From Ginglymostoma cirratum (taxonomy: Eukaryota): a DNA stretch of 64,000 nt. Positions 37,291-50,799 of the stretch are shown piece after piece. The notes beneath the pieces were generated by a model. It worked only from the letters and a program-made list of their open reading frames with translations, ran no database searches and was not told the origin of the DNA. The stretch lies in contig JAHRHZ010000012.1 of the NCBI GenBank assembly GCA_024137785.1, positions 62,520,854 to 62,584,853 on the forward strand, in the 5' to 3' direction. Made by a program: the position numbers and the translations under genes. Within the stretch, counting starts at the first letter, position 1. The number at the start of each line of letters is the position of its first letter.

Positions 37291-38509
37291 TTTGGAAATG
37301 AAGTTTACAATGGTTTTGAACGTACCCTTAATTTTGGTGTAAAATTTTTGACAATATTTTATAACCTGAAGACCTTTTAAGAAAAAGAAAATGCCCAAAA
37401 TAAAAGCTATAGAGAGCCAAGATGAATCTGACACTTTGAAACCAACTCCAAGGCATATTACTTGGTTTCTCTTGTAAACTTGTAAGCATTTCATTTATTC
37501 TGTGTTTCATAGGAACGCGCTCCAGTGTGTGGGTGCTGAAAGTTCGCCTGACATTCAATGTCACTGCCAAGCAATGGACACAACTGCCTCCCAGTGGAAG
37601 GATGGTGTATTTAGCCAGCCCTTGGGCAGCCAGTGAAAGGTGGTTGCTTGATGCCAAATGGGGGGAAGACCTCAGTGCCCTCAATGTTCTCCCCAAGACC
37701 TCAATATTCTCCCCAGCTACAATTCCACCTGGAGCCACTATCTCTCTCTTTATCTCTCTCTCTTTCTCTCCCCCGTCCACCATGAGGAGGCTAGCACTAC
37801 TTTACTGTCCCCATTCCCAGCAGATGGTCATGTGATAAACCGATTTGTCTTAGGGATGTTTGTGACCATAACTAATATCAGGGAGTCTGTTTGCACATGT
37901 GCAGACTGCCATTTATGCCAATTATGGAGGGAAGCGTAGAAAAACTTGAACTTCACAGTCACAGGACATTGAATTAAATACTTTTCAATATACTCAGTGT
38001 TCATATTTATTAAACACGGCAACCAATTTTGCCAGTTTCCCAAACAACATTGTGATAACAGACATTGTGTCTTTATCTGCAGTAGTCTGTGAACCATTGT
38101 TGTCCTGATGTTCCTGATGGAACTTGTCCCAAAGAAGGATGATTGGACAATCTATAAACGAAAGTTACTGGGGAAACTCAGCAGGTCTGGCAGCATCTGG
38201 AGAGAGAGAAACAGGGTAAACCTTTTGAGTCCAGTGTCTCTTGTTCAGAATTGATTGAACAGTTGTGTAGTGAGGTGAGGTGAGGTGAGGAGCGCACGAG
38301 GAAGACTGGGCCCTATTTCAGGCAGTCAGCATTATTGACAGGAGCATGTGAGGAAAGGACCTCATTGCAGGCAGTCAGAAACAGCAATAGATATGTTGGA
38401 GTTGATTGGAATTGGTTCTTGCTCGCTTATAGAGAAAGGAGATAGCTGTTTGGTGAGTCTCTGGTAAGTCATTAAGGTCTTTTCTATCCATAAATTTTGA
38501 CAAAAATAA

Positions 38510-38685
38510 TCCATCTAGTTCACTAATGTCCAATAGGGAAGGAAATCTGCCATGCTTACTTGGTCTGGCCTACACGTGACTCCACATCCACCTCAATGTG
38601 GTTAACTCTTAACTGCTTTCTAGGCAGTTAGGGATGGACAATAAATGCTGGCCTAACCAGTGATGCCCACACCCTGTAAAAGAAA
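38510..38685 (+). mobile_element. SINE family B 3' half
   Basis: ccatctagttcactaatgtcc...ggcagttagggatggacaataaatgctggcc. Confidence 0.8.
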
Positions 38686-40770
38686 CATAGTAAAAAAAGT
38701 TGTATGGTTGATAAACATGTAAAAAATAAATAAGATAATTAAGTATACAATTATTGATAATGCAAAACTTAAACATTGCTACAAGGAGCCAGAAGTTGAA
38801 ACTTTTCATCTGACCACATCAGAATTCATCGGATAAATTGAAAGGGTAAAGCTAGCTCTCTTGTGCTGCTATTGTGTGGTAAACACATGAGTGGTTTTCT
38901 CCATTAATAGAATGCTGCTGTCAAGCCAAAAACACTTTCTGCCTAGCACTGAAATGAGTGATGTGATATATGAGTTTCAGTGTTGGTATGATGTCAGGTA
39001 TATAGGTCATATGTCCCAATGAATGACGGGCCATATAAACAATATCATCCTGCTGACCATTTGCATTGGGCAGTGTGCTGATGATGTGAAACGGTGTCAA
39101 GACTTTCTAACATGTGATGATCACATTGAACAATGAGAAGATGCTAGGCTACATTTGGCATTACTTAAAGAGCAGTACTCCTTTTGACAAGTTTCTAAGA
39201 TAGGATGACGTTAAGGATGAATAAGCTATGTAACTCCGTTCTTAAATAACAATATATTTATTAATGTGCAGGTATTCCCAATGCATGGCTTGGCTTTATA
39301 AATGGTGCTGATGCAGGGAATCCCAGGAAGTCCTGGCAATGGTGACTGTTTCCAGTACTGGTCAGGCAAGAGATAGCAAACCACAGAAGCATACGGATAA
39401 CGAGGTGAGTTGTGAAAAACAGCACGAGAAATCTCGCTGGGCTTTTGGCATGCCAATATGGACACTTCTCAACTTGCTGGTGAAATTCATACCCAATGTC
39501 CTAGAAGCTTGACTTGTACATGTGTACATATGATAACAAAAGCTTTACACATTTCCAGACTATCACCAGTTTGCAGCATGTGGAATTTTGTAATGCATTT
39601 CATAGGAGTGATTGTATTTCTTGAGTTGAGTACTACCATATGGCGCATATTGCTACAGCGAATGACTGTGCCAAGATACTCGAGGAAACGAGCGATGCAC
39701 AGTTGTGGTTATACAGAACCTCAGATCTTTCCTCTTCTTTTCCTTCCGATTCCCAAAGGAATTCTCCATCTGTTTCACTCTGCTGTGAAAGAAAAGAAAT
39801 AACAAATTTCATCTGTACCCATCATTTCCTATGAACTACTATATATCCAATAACAATATGAAACCCTGAGTATTCTTTTGTGAATTAAGGCTCTTAACTG
39901 TGTGATTCATTCTTCCAAAAGAACACAGCTGGCAGCACTCAAGGCAGTGATGTATCTGATTTCAGGTTTCACATAAAAAGGCAACAAATCTGAACCACAC
40001 TGAAGTGCTGAGTGACTCCAAACATTGGAGGTTGATATAATCTGGAAATAAGAGGCTTTTTCTTTATATTTTGCAGGCCAAACATCTCAGTGTTTTCTTT
40101 TCCGCTGCCTGACGCTGTTCAGCCAGCAGAAGTGATCCATCTCAATCAGTGAAGTATATTAAATCAGTACCAGTTAGGACAAGGACAAGACTTTAGCGAT
40201 GGGGGTACAGGAGGCTAATAAATTAACATTACATATAGGATTTCTGAGGAAAGATGTTTGTCTTGGTTCAGAAACCTTGGCTTATACCACCGCTCTCTAT
40301 CACTCCCTTCCCCACTCAGGTTCTACCCCTGCTTTTATTCTTGCACCCACTTGCAAAGTGAGAAATTTAGTGAAAAACATTCAATTATTACATTTAAATA
40401 ATGTGTTTTTTCTACTATTAGTGATTTAGCTTTAGCAAATTCTGTGAGGTCATAGGACATGGTGGCGTTAGAATTTAGGAGACAGCCAGCAGGAGATGAT
40501 CCTTAGCCATCTTCTTATATTTTTAATGTCTTTCATTTTGTATTGAGTTGTACTAGTTAGCCAGAAAGAAGTCTGCAGAGATATTCACTTAATACATTGC
40601 ATCCTTAACTTTAAATGTTAAATGTTGCAACAAAAGACATTGCCAAGGTGGAGCACTGATCTTCCGTTTTTGTAGACACGAAAGCTGTACATAAGATTGA
40701 ATCAGCCAGCATTCAACTTTTAACAAGAACAGCAGGATGTACATAAAGAGATACCATTTCTTATTTGAGA

Positions 40771-40952
40771 TAACAAGAACTGCAGATGCTGCAGTCAGAG
40801 TCTACACAGTGTGGAGCACATAGGTCAGACAGCATCACAGGAGGAGGGAAGTCAGAACTGCCCTGAAGAAGGATCCCAACCTGAAATGTGAACTTTCCTG
40901 CTCCTCTGACACTGCCTGACCTGCTGTGTTCCTCCAGCTCCACACTGTGTTG
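40771..40952. mobile_element. Penelope family A fold-back mini-insertion, perfect 18-bp TSD, hammerhead-like 40863-40890
   Basis: accatttcttatttgaga at 40753-40770 and 40953-40970. Confidence 0.88.
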
Positions 40953-41189
40953 ACCATTTCTTATTTGAGACCACACAACCAAGGCTGCAAATTCCACAGA
41001 ACTAGACATTTCTCTTACACACGTTTACAATAGGATTTACAATAGGTGCTGAACTTTATACTTAATCATGTGGGATAGCAATAGTAATTTGAGGATCAGC
41101 TCAAATCACTTTGTCTGGCTTGTAGTGATTACATCTCATCTGTGAATTTAACCGTATTAGGGAAGCCACCCAAATATTTAATGAATACT

Positions 41190-41620
41190 TGCGCATGTTA
41201 TGCTGTTCAGCAAGTCCATTGGTTGACTTGGGCCATTGGGCGATGTCCAGCATGGAGGAGGTGCAGGACCCTCACAGTGTGACCATCTCCAGCTTGGAGG
41301 CGATGGAGGCTGAAGTGACGATACCAGTGGCTGCAGAGAAGGGACACATTGCCAGGAACCCTGGACAATGTCAGATGGTGGCGACTGAAGGAGCAGAGAG
41401 GATGAAGGCTACGGAGAGGGAAAGGTGAGATTACTTCAGTTTTAGTAATAGCAATTTGATATTAGTTTATTCAGTACAACACCATCTATACAATTTTTAC
41501 AATAATTTATTCTGTAATCCAAAATGGCGCCAGAACATGGTGACATTATCCACTTTTCACTGTACCAATGTCCATGGCAATATTAAATAAAGCTAAATCT
41601 AAAAAATCTAGAATCTAAAG
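41190..41620 (+). mobile_element. Non-autonomous element with Rex/Babar-like 3' tail
   Basis: Ends acttttcactgtac...aataaa..(aaatct)n like the Rex tail at 8875-8930; GC-richer non-coding body. Confidence 0.4.
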
Positions 41621-43504
41621 TCTGCTATCCTAACGAATTCAAATATTTGCACTTCAGGCTGATTGAAAATAACAATAAATAACTGGCTTGGCTGTTGATA
41701 TACCAGTGTTTTGAATGATAATTTAATTCAGATAACAAAAAAGTATTGTTCTGTTTTGATAGCTTTTAACAGAATGGTTGAAACCATGTTTTGCCCTGTT
41801 AGCAATGAAGCTTATTAAAGTAAAGGACAAAAGGGTTTTCATACAGTTGTTTGTCACTAGCCTGATCGCAACTACAAATATTTTTGAGAATAGTGCTGAA
41901 GAAATGATTCATGTCATCAACCTTAGTCAAAGGAACTGCAATGGACCTTTTTGCCAGTGGTGGTGGAACTTTCACAGGAATTCCTGGGAAATTTGGGCAG
42001 GTCTACTTGACCCACCTTATCTCAATTAGTATCCTAACAGGGATTCAAGATAGCTGGAAAGATAAAAAATTTTAATATGGGAGGGTTTATTCTCTCTCCC
42101 TCTAGGCTGTCCCACTGATGTCGTTGGAAGGAGCAAGTGGCAGGTCCACTCCTTCTAAAGCCAATTGAAAAACCTATGGAAAGGCAGGCACCCAATAACC
42201 ATTTTGGGCCAATATGTTATATATGACAGATCACTGTCAATTCAGTTTTCTCTTATTATAGGCTGCTTGCTATTAGGCATCCCCTGTTGTTAATAGCGAA
42301 TCATAGTGTGGAATGTTGATGCCATTAGCACCAGCATGACTATGTGTCATTATCTGCAGCCAGCAAGTAGTATTGAGATGGCTGTAAGAGGTAAAGTCTA
42401 GTTCACCCTTGTGAAAAAGAGAAAGGCTTGTTTCTGCATGGTAGCTCTTCAGCTTATGTTGGAACCTTGATAAAATTTGCTCAAGTGCAGCAGCTTAAAG
42501 TTTAATTTGCAGTATACCCTGCGACACAACTTAGAAGCCTGTGGTTTTCTGTGCATGACTCAGCTACTTGATATATTGACTTGTGTTCTTGCTATTTTTA
42601 TATCAAGCATTCTTTAAGCAAATGGTGTTGACAGGACTGGAATGATGTAAATAAAAAATTGTGCTCTACGTCCGCATTGGTGACATAATTTCTGAATTTT
42701 ACAGCAATTTCTACTTTTGTTTTTATTTTCAATTTCTGGCACTTGTAGTATTTTACATCTCCATTCCTGGTTGCAGCATCATTCAGAACAGTTCGTAAAT
42801 GGCAATAACCTAACATTCCTGAGTATTTAAACAAAGGTTAGGTTCAATGATGTCTCAGAATTGTGGAATCTGAAGGCTTTCTTGAAAATGGCAAGACCAC
42901 TGATTCCTTCAAATCTGTGGTGATAATCCAACAAGCCACGAACAAACTATTTTTAGTTTATTTGACTCATGCTAAAATATGTAAGTATTTTGTGGCTGAA
43001 TCCATTAGCCAGTTTAGTTTTTATTATGGCAAGGGCAATTGTGTTTGAAAGCCACAAACTTTAATACCTGAAATCCTAAATACTCCAAAAAAGATTAAAA
43101 GAAGAGTTGGTTGCAACTGGGAAAATGATTTTAAAATTAATATAATTTTAGGATAAATTTTATTCTTATCAACGTACTAACACTTGAAAATATATTTGCC
43201 TCCTTTCTGGGAATATTGTCACTGTCAAGTAATCCCAGGAGTCATGTCTATAGATAGAGATTAAAGTATCTGGCAAATCTCACTTCATGAAAGATCTTCA
43301 GAATTAACAGAGAGAGACTTTCATCTCAATAGTCTCAGCTGGAATCAAGCCCAAATCCCAGTGGTGAAATATTAGTGTGCTAACTTACTATATTACTCAC
43401 GTTCCCTGAGAAAGGTTTTCAACCTTCTAATATAGGAAAGGATTAAACAGTGTTAATCCTTTCTATTCATCTGTCTACCTATCAGTGCTAAAACAATAGA
43501 CATG

Positions 43505-43690
43505 GAATAAGCAACAACTTGCATTTAAAGTGCCTTTAATGTAGTAAAATGACCCAAGAGGCTTCAAGGAGTATTATTAAAGAAAAATTGGCAATAAGCC
43601 ACATAAGTGATGTGAAGGGCTGGTAGCCAAAATTTTAGTCAGTGATGTGTTTTAAGGAGTGTGTTAAAAGAAGACAGAGAAAGAGCTTCA
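43505..43690 (-). mobile_element. L2 LINE 3' end
   Basis: aacaacttgcattt..gtgcctttaatgtagtaaaa antisense L2 tail. Confidence 0.7.
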
Positions 43691-44140
43691 CCAGATTTTG
43701 CCTCATTTATCAATGCAATCTGTTACATTTAGACTCGCTTTTTCCAACAAAACCTTTGGGTTGCCTGAGGTTGGTTAACAGTTTAAGAGAACTGTTTTCA
43801 AACTGGAAAGAATAATTACATAAATCAGGTTTAAAGAAACTAAAACTAAACTAAATAGAAAGACTTTTCAAAAGGCATCTTGTTGGGCAGATGTTCTGGA
43901 TGCTTGTCGAGAAACTGAGCAAGCTCTCACAGCTTCCAATGGTCATAGTATACAAATTATATCATCCATGTGCAATCAGCATGTGAGGAAGCTGAGGTGG
44001 TAACTTTCATATTCATCGATGTTATCCTGCTCTATTTATTGTATTACTTCCTATGTTCAACGACAATGCTGATGTAATTCCTTTTTGCTAATTATTTAGC
44101 CCACTTTATCCTTAAACAATGTAGCTCTGAATTTCATCCA

Positions 44141-44452
44141 CAGAATCCCTACAGTGTGGAAACAGGCCCTTTGGCTCAACAAGTCCACACTGACCCTCAG
44201 AGTATCCCACCCAGACCCATCCCCCACCTAATCTACACATCCCTGAACACTATGGGCAATTTAACATGGCCAATCCACCTAGCCTTCACATCTTTGGACT
44301 GTGGGATGAAACTGGAACACCTGGAGGAAACCCACGCAGACGCAGGGAGAACTTGCAAATTTCCACACAGACAGTTGCCAGAGGGTGGAATCAAACCCAG
44401 GTCCCTGGCGCTGTGAGGCTGCAGTGCTAACCACTGAGCCACAGTGTCACCC
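44141..44452 (-). mobile_element. HE1-type V-SINE, full length
   Basis: Reverse complement ggctcagtggttagcactgcagcctcacagcgccagggacctggg, V-domain and tail. Confidence 0.93.
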
Positions 44453-46169
44453 TATTTCCAAAGCTAAAATCATGATTGTGCTACTCCTGTCCCTCATATT
44501 TGCACCCTACAGGCTTATTGTGGTGTTGCTGACAAGTTAAATGAAAAAAATGCTTTATTAGCGTTGGCCAGGAGACTGTGTGTCCCACTTCAGGCATACC
44601 TTTGGAGCCCATTTGACACAAATGGCTTCTACTTCCACTCTTATTTCCCATTCAATGCTGATAATTGGGTTCCAGAAAAATTGCCTAAACCATATACTCC
44701 TAGTGACAACGTAGCTGAAGGCTGGATTGCCTCCATTTATTCAGCATATTTTCTGTCCTTACTAAGCTGGGTGCTGAGGGTTGGGAACACCCAGGTAATG
44801 AAGCCCATGTCCCTGGCTTCATCCCTGGTGGCCCCTTGTAAGAGGTGAATAGAGATTCTGCCGTTTAGAAGACATTAAGGTAACACCAGGAGATGCAGGA
44901 GACCTGACATAAATTAATGTCCAGTGTTTCTCCGGGAATCTTGCAGTCTCCTACCAGAACTACACTGGGTTTACAGTGGAGCTCCTGAGAAATTTCAGGG
45001 TTTGCAACTGTTCCTATGCACCGGCACCCACAATTTTTAGGACCACTCAGGTTTCTATTAAATCTTCTGGCTGTCAAGAATTTGAGCTGAAAAATGAAAC
45101 TAAGAAGCATTAATGCTGTGCAACAGTCCCATTGCTTAACTGAGAAACAATGGGGCAAGCTTCATATGGGAACCAGAACAGCAGAAATTTACCTACATTT
45201 CCTGTAGGGAAAAGATGTCATGACAACAAAATGCTTTGATGAAAAGAATAGGAAATAGTAAGAAATGATAACAATAGTTAAATGTGAATAATGCATTGAA
45301 AGGATTTGCTTCGCCATGGGGGTTAAGCTCCCCTATAAGCTTTGAGATATGATGTGTTTTGCTTTTTGCCTGCCATTATCCACAAATTGACCTGGAGTCC
45401 TAGCACTACATGATGACAGCCAGCAATGCTCAAGGTCTGATTTAAAGCAATTTTGATTCTTTTTCTTCTGACTCACTGAATAATACTTGGTTTTAATCAC
45501 AGTATTCAGTGGATTTTATAAAGAGTGTTCTGATGTTTGGACAAGGAATTCTGTGTTTGCTTAGGAAAATAGGGAAATTGTTGTCTTGACAGTTTAGCTT
45601 ACAAAAAAAAGCTGTTTTGTAAAACAGATGTTGAGATCTGTCACTTGGCTCATTTGCTAAACATAACTTATAAAGTTGTGCTGCAGCCTCTTTGACATTT
45701 GACTACAGAAAGTGTTTAAGTGTCACTGGTAAATTTTGCTCAGCAATACTGTGAACGTGCACAGCTAGGCAGCTTTAGCTGACTGCCATGCATTGGCTTT
45801 TCATTGAAAACAGACTACTATATATTTTCTTTGTCTCTATCAGTATGGGTTATCTTGTATCTTATTTGTGAAGCTATGATGGGTTTCCAGTTATGTTATT
45901 ACTGCTGACAACATATTGTATTGATGCCAGACCAAGCATTTTGTGAAAAGTACACAGAAGCTTGCTTCTGCTTGCTGCATGATGTGACATGACATTTTAT
46001 TGTGCTTAAACTCTCTAAATTTTGACTAAATACCAAAAACTCTAAATACAGATAAAATATGTATAAATATGTACACTTTTGAAATTTACCCCTAATTTCA
46101 TATTGGATGCTAATAATAGCACCCTCACCTTGAATTTATAAAATACCAATTCAAGTACCCACTCAAATG

Positions 46170-46520
46170 TTTGAACCATGATCTAATCTGACACTGTACT
46201 GGACAGAGTGATGTGTTGTGTAAAGTGCTGTCTTTATGATGGAATGTTAACTCAAGGCCCACCTTGGCTGATTTAAAATGATATTAAAAAAAATCCCATA
46301 GCACACCTTTGAGGAATATAGAAGAGTTCTCCTTCTCAATGTCTCCAAATCAGCCTAACTGATCACTTATCTCATTTACTGATTGTGGAATTTTACAATC
46401 TGGAAATTGAATGAATGATAAATTTGCTTTTATAAAATCAGTCACTATACTTCAAAATCACTTAATTGGCTGCAAAGCACTTTGGTATCACGTACAGTTA
46501 TGAATAGCAATGTATATTCA
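46170..46520 (+). mobile_element. DeuSINE-like remnant with L2-type tail
   Basis: atcccatagcac, cagtcactatacttcaaaatcacttaattggctgcaaagcactttgg. Confidence 0.6.
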
Positions 46521-46621
46521 CAGCTACACATCGTTCCAGAGGAATTGCATAACTGGCAACTTTTCTTTTATGAGCCATACCATGAACCATTCTATGAAGC
46601 GTCACAGGCAAACAGAATCGT

Positions 46622-46750
46622 CTCGGAAGAAAGGTCCAGACCTGAAACATCAGTTTTCCTGCTCCTCTGATGCTGCTTGGCCTGCTGTGTTCATCCAACT
46701 CTACGCCTTGTTATCCCAGATTCTCCAGCATCAGCAGTTCCTACTATCTC
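46622..46750 (+). mobile_element. Penelope family A pLTR
   Basis: gaagaaaggtccagacctgaaacatcag...ctccagcatcagcagttcctactatctc. Confidence 0.8.
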
Positions 46751-47187
46751 CGAATGCTACACTTATCTGATTTAGACATTTGACTTACTGGAGTGTCATA
46801 AGGAGTGCTATCCCTGCCTGAAATTTCCCACTATAACTGAATAATCTCCCAACTATTGTTTCAACTGGAATCAGTCAACTCAGCACAGTGCACTGGCTAC
46901 CCTCAATTGAGCAAAAGGTGAAGTCAAGCATTTCACACTGCTACTATGAAGAAACTCCACAAATAATATTTTCAGCTAATAAGATGCTGCAAGAAAGGCA
47001 AATATATACATACATATGCTGTGCCTACCATACATGTCAATGGCATATGAATTTCAGTACCAATGCATTGTTTTCACAAATGGCTGATCACTTTAAACAA
47101 TATTTCCTTTTTGTTTTTTGCAATAGGCAGATTATTGTCTGTCCTCAATCAGCTCATGCTTGCAAACATAGAACATAATGTATAACT

Positions 47188-47515
47188 TCATAGAATCCCT
47201 ACAGTACGGAAACAGGCCCTTTGGCCCAACAAGTCCACACCAAACCTCAGAGCATCCTACCCAGACCCATCCCCCTATAACCCACCTAATCTACACCACC
47301 CTGAGCACTGCAGGCAACTTAGCATGGCCAATCCACCTAACCTGTGTATCTTTGGACTGTGGGAAGAAACCAGAGCACCTGGAGGAAACCCATGAAGACA
47401 CAGGGAGAATGTGCAAACTCCACACAGATAGTCGCGTGAGGCTGGAATTGAACTGAGGTCTTTGACACTGTGAGGCAGCAGTGCTAACCACTGTGCCACT
47501 GTACCACCGTGCCAC
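47188..47515 (-). mobile_element. HE1-type V-SINE, full length
   Basis: Same architecture as 44141-44452. Confidence 0.93.
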
Positions 47516-48062
47516 CCCAGCTTGAGGTGTGATTCTGTGATTGGGTGACACTTGTTGAACAATCCCAAGTATGCCAAGAATTAAGCTAACGACAAATTAA
47601 AGATTAAGAGTTGAGCTTGCATTGTGGATCACTTATGTTTGCTGGAAGCTATATATATTCATACTCAGGGACCAATTCTCTGCAGATAGAAAAAAGACTG
47701 TGAGAACAAAAGTTAATGTTATTAGCAGCTTGACCAATCAGATTTGACTTGCCGTCAATTAGCACCTCTTTCTCTTGCAGTGTAAACCATTACTTCCTCT
47801 AAAGTTTGATTACCTTTCATTCATTCAGGGGATGTGGGCTTCATAGGCTGGGCTGCATGTATAGCCCATTCTTCGTTGTCATTCAGAATGCAGTTGTGAG
47901 CTGCCTTCTCGAAATGCTGCAATCCATTTGGTGTAGGTGCAGCCACATTGCCATGAGGGAGTGGAGTTCTGGAACTCAATGTCACTGAAAGAACAGCCAT
48001 ATATTACAAAGTCAGGATGGTATTTGGCTTGAGGAGGAGTTGGCAGGTTGTGATGCTCCTAA

Positions 48063-50497
48063 GGGTGAAATCTTCCCGACTCCTTAACAACGCGGCCATC
48101 GGTGAGAAAGTTTGGAGAATCACATGAGATCAGCACCGAAGAGCTTCTCACTGTCGAGATGAAAAGTTCTATTTTCCATCAAGTGTTGAATGGCGAGATG
48201 AGATCTTAGAGTCATGGACGCATAGATCTGTACAGCATGGAAACAGACCCTTTTGTCCAACTCGCCCATGCCGACCAGATATCCTAAATTAATTTGCCAG
48301 CATTTGGCCCATATTCCTCTAAACCCTTCCTATTCATACACCATCCAGATGCCTTTTAAATGTTGTAATTGTACTCGCCTCCACCGCTTCCTCTGGCAGC
48401 TCATTCCATCCATACATGTACCACCCTCTGCGTGAATAAGTTCCCTCTTAGGTACGTTTTAAATCTTTCCCCTCTCACACTAAATCTATGACCACTAGTT
48501 CTGGAGTCCTCTACCCTGGAGAAAAGACTTTGTCTATTCACCCTCTCCATGCCCCTCATGATTTTATAAACCTCTATACGGTCACCCCTCAGCCTCCGAT
48601 GCTCCAGGGAAAATAGCCTCAGCCTATTTAGCCTCTCATGGAAGCTCAAACCCTCTAACCCCGGCAATATCCTTGTAAATCTTTCTGAACCCTTTCAAGT
48701 TTCACAACATCCTTTCCATAGCTGGGAGACCAGAATTGAACACAATATTCCAAAAGTGGCCTAACTAATGTCCTGTACAGCTGAAACATGACCTCCCAAC
48801 TCCGATACTCAATGCACTGACCAATAAAGACAAGCAAAACAAATGCCTTCTTCACTATCCTATCCATCTCGACTCCAGGTTCAAGGAACGATGAACCTGC
48901 ATGCCGAGGTCTCTTCGTTCAGCGACACTCCCCAGGACTTTCCCATTAAGTGGAAAAGCTCTGCCCTGATTTGCTTTTCCAAAATGCAACACCTCACATT
49001 TATCTAAATTAAACTCCATCTGAGACTCCTCGGCCCATTGACCAATTTGATCAAGGTCCTGTTGAACTCTGAGGTAACCTTCTTCATTGTCCACTACACC
49101 ACCAGTTTTGGTGTCATCTGCAAACTTACTAACCATACCTCCTATGTTCACATCCAAATCATTTATATCAATGAAAAAAAGCAGTGGACCCCGCACTGAT
49201 CCTTGTGGCATACCGCTGGTCACAGGCCTCCAGTCTTAAAAGCAACCGTCCACCATCACCCTCTTATCTTCTACTTTTGTGTGAGTTTCACATCCAAAAT
49301 GGTTATTGTCCCTGTATTCCATGTGATCTAGCTAACCAGTCTACTGTACAGAACTTTCTCAGATGCCTTACTGAAGTCTATACAGATCACATCAACCGCT
49401 CTGCCTTCATCAACCTTCTTCATTACTTCTTTAAAAACTCTGTCAAGTTAGTGAAACATGATTTCTCATGCACAAGGCCATGTTGCAATCTCTAATCAGT
49501 CCTTGCCTTTCCAAATACATGCACATCCTGTCCCTCTGGATTCCCTCCAACAACTTACCCACCGCCGATGTCAGGCTCACCAACGTATAGTCCCCTGGCT
49601 TTTCCTTATCACCTTTCTCAAATAGTGGCACCACGTTAGCCAACCTCCAGTCTTCTAGCACCTCACTTGTGGTTATCAATGATACAAATATCTCAGCAAG
49701 GAACCCAACAATCTCTTCCCTAGCTTCCCACAGAGTTCTAGGGTGCACCTGATCAGGCCCTGGGGATTTAGCACCCTTTATGCATTTTAAGACATCCAGC
49801 ACCACCTCCTCTGTGATACGCTTTTCCAACAATATTTCAAAACTAATAGAATTTTAGTCACTGGCCCCAAAGTGCTCCAGCATTGACATGTCAGTCATCT
49901 GCCCAGTCTTATTTTTTTAGTGAATGTTGAGGGGTCTATTTGCATAAATCTGTAGGCATCAATGCTCTCATTATTATGTCATTTTGCCTCATTGATACAC
50001 AGTTTCCCATTTCCCGGCTGCTGATGACAAACTGGATGTGACAATTCCTGACATGAAAGTCAGAGCATTACTACTTCACTGTTCATTCCAGCTCACTGCT
50101 TGATCCTCCCTTCATCCATTTGTCATCAACCTCTCGGGACACACTCCATGGATGTGACTGCATGCACTCTCTGTCTCTGTCAGGACCTTCAGACCTGCGT
50201 CAGAGAAGCTGGCTGCCACCCACTCTTTGTCCAATATGTCCAGGGCAGATAAAATGAATCAACACAAGGAAGCTGCAGACTGCCAGTGGATGCATGAATG
50301 GTCTTTAAAAATGCTGCCAGTTCATAAATCCCATCATTGACCAACATTCTGTCTGTGCCGATTTGCAGAATATTTCGCGAGGGACAACATTGTGGCATTG
50401 TGCGCAGGAGTTTGAGGAGTTGTCGCTTGCAGAGAGAAATCCTCTGTGAAAGTTACCAAAAATGACACTTGTGTCGATTTCTGTTGAGATTGAGCCC
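48063..50497. mobile_element. Harbinger-like DNA element with decayed Myb/SANT ORF (minus, ~50030-50235)
   Basis: Imperfect TIRs gggtgaaatct / agattgagccc; minus VAASFSDAGLKVL. Confidence 0.5.
48207..49820 (-). mobile_element. HER1/CR1 LINE, 1.6 kb with most of the RT (frameshifted)
   Basis: KSPGPDQVHPR, DWRLANVVPLF.KG, SGMPQGSV.GPLLF, SKFADDTK, LVRPLLEYCVQFWSP. Confidence 0.96.
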
Positions 50498-50799
50498 CAT
50501 GTATTTTCTGCCATGTGTTTTGTGATGGTAATGGTCACGGGTTTGGACATTGATCTCTAAGGAGCCTTAGTGAATATTCTTACTTCTGTCATGATGAAAG
50601 TAAGATTAAAAGCTTCAACAACATTTTTTTAGAGCAAAGTCTGATTTGGGCAGGTCATTTGTTTCAACTGGTATATTCTGGTTTTGTTACTCCACATGCC
50701 TCCTCACATTCAGATGATTCTTCCCATCTTCCCCATACCCTACTACAATAAACTCTCTATACGGTCTGACAAATGTTCTGGATTGTTTAAAGTTACCTC

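Larger units (their letters stand above)
47815..50575 (-). mobile_element. LINE family B 3' end, split at 48060/50498
   Basis: gcaggttgtgatgctcc|...|catgtattttctgcc..ggtcacgggtttgga continues the sequence intact at 58590-58680. Confidence 0.7.

Noticed and set aside
37513-37540. ERAPVCGC-TGA as a selenoprotein-like C-terminus
   Set aside because: Next codon is Lys, not the Gly-stop of thioredoxin reductase; no upstream exons or SECIS recognised
44380-44452. tRNA genes at SINE heads (also 47450-47510, 54120-54190)
   Set aside because: A/B boxes continue directly into SINE bodies; no intact cloverleaf
48401-49832. Active reverse transcriptase gene
   Set aside because: Split into four frames, 5'-truncated, endonuclease missing
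50184-50340. Plus-strand exon-like ORF after ctgtctctgtcag
   Set aside because: Better explained as antisense of the decayed Harbinger Myb-like ORF
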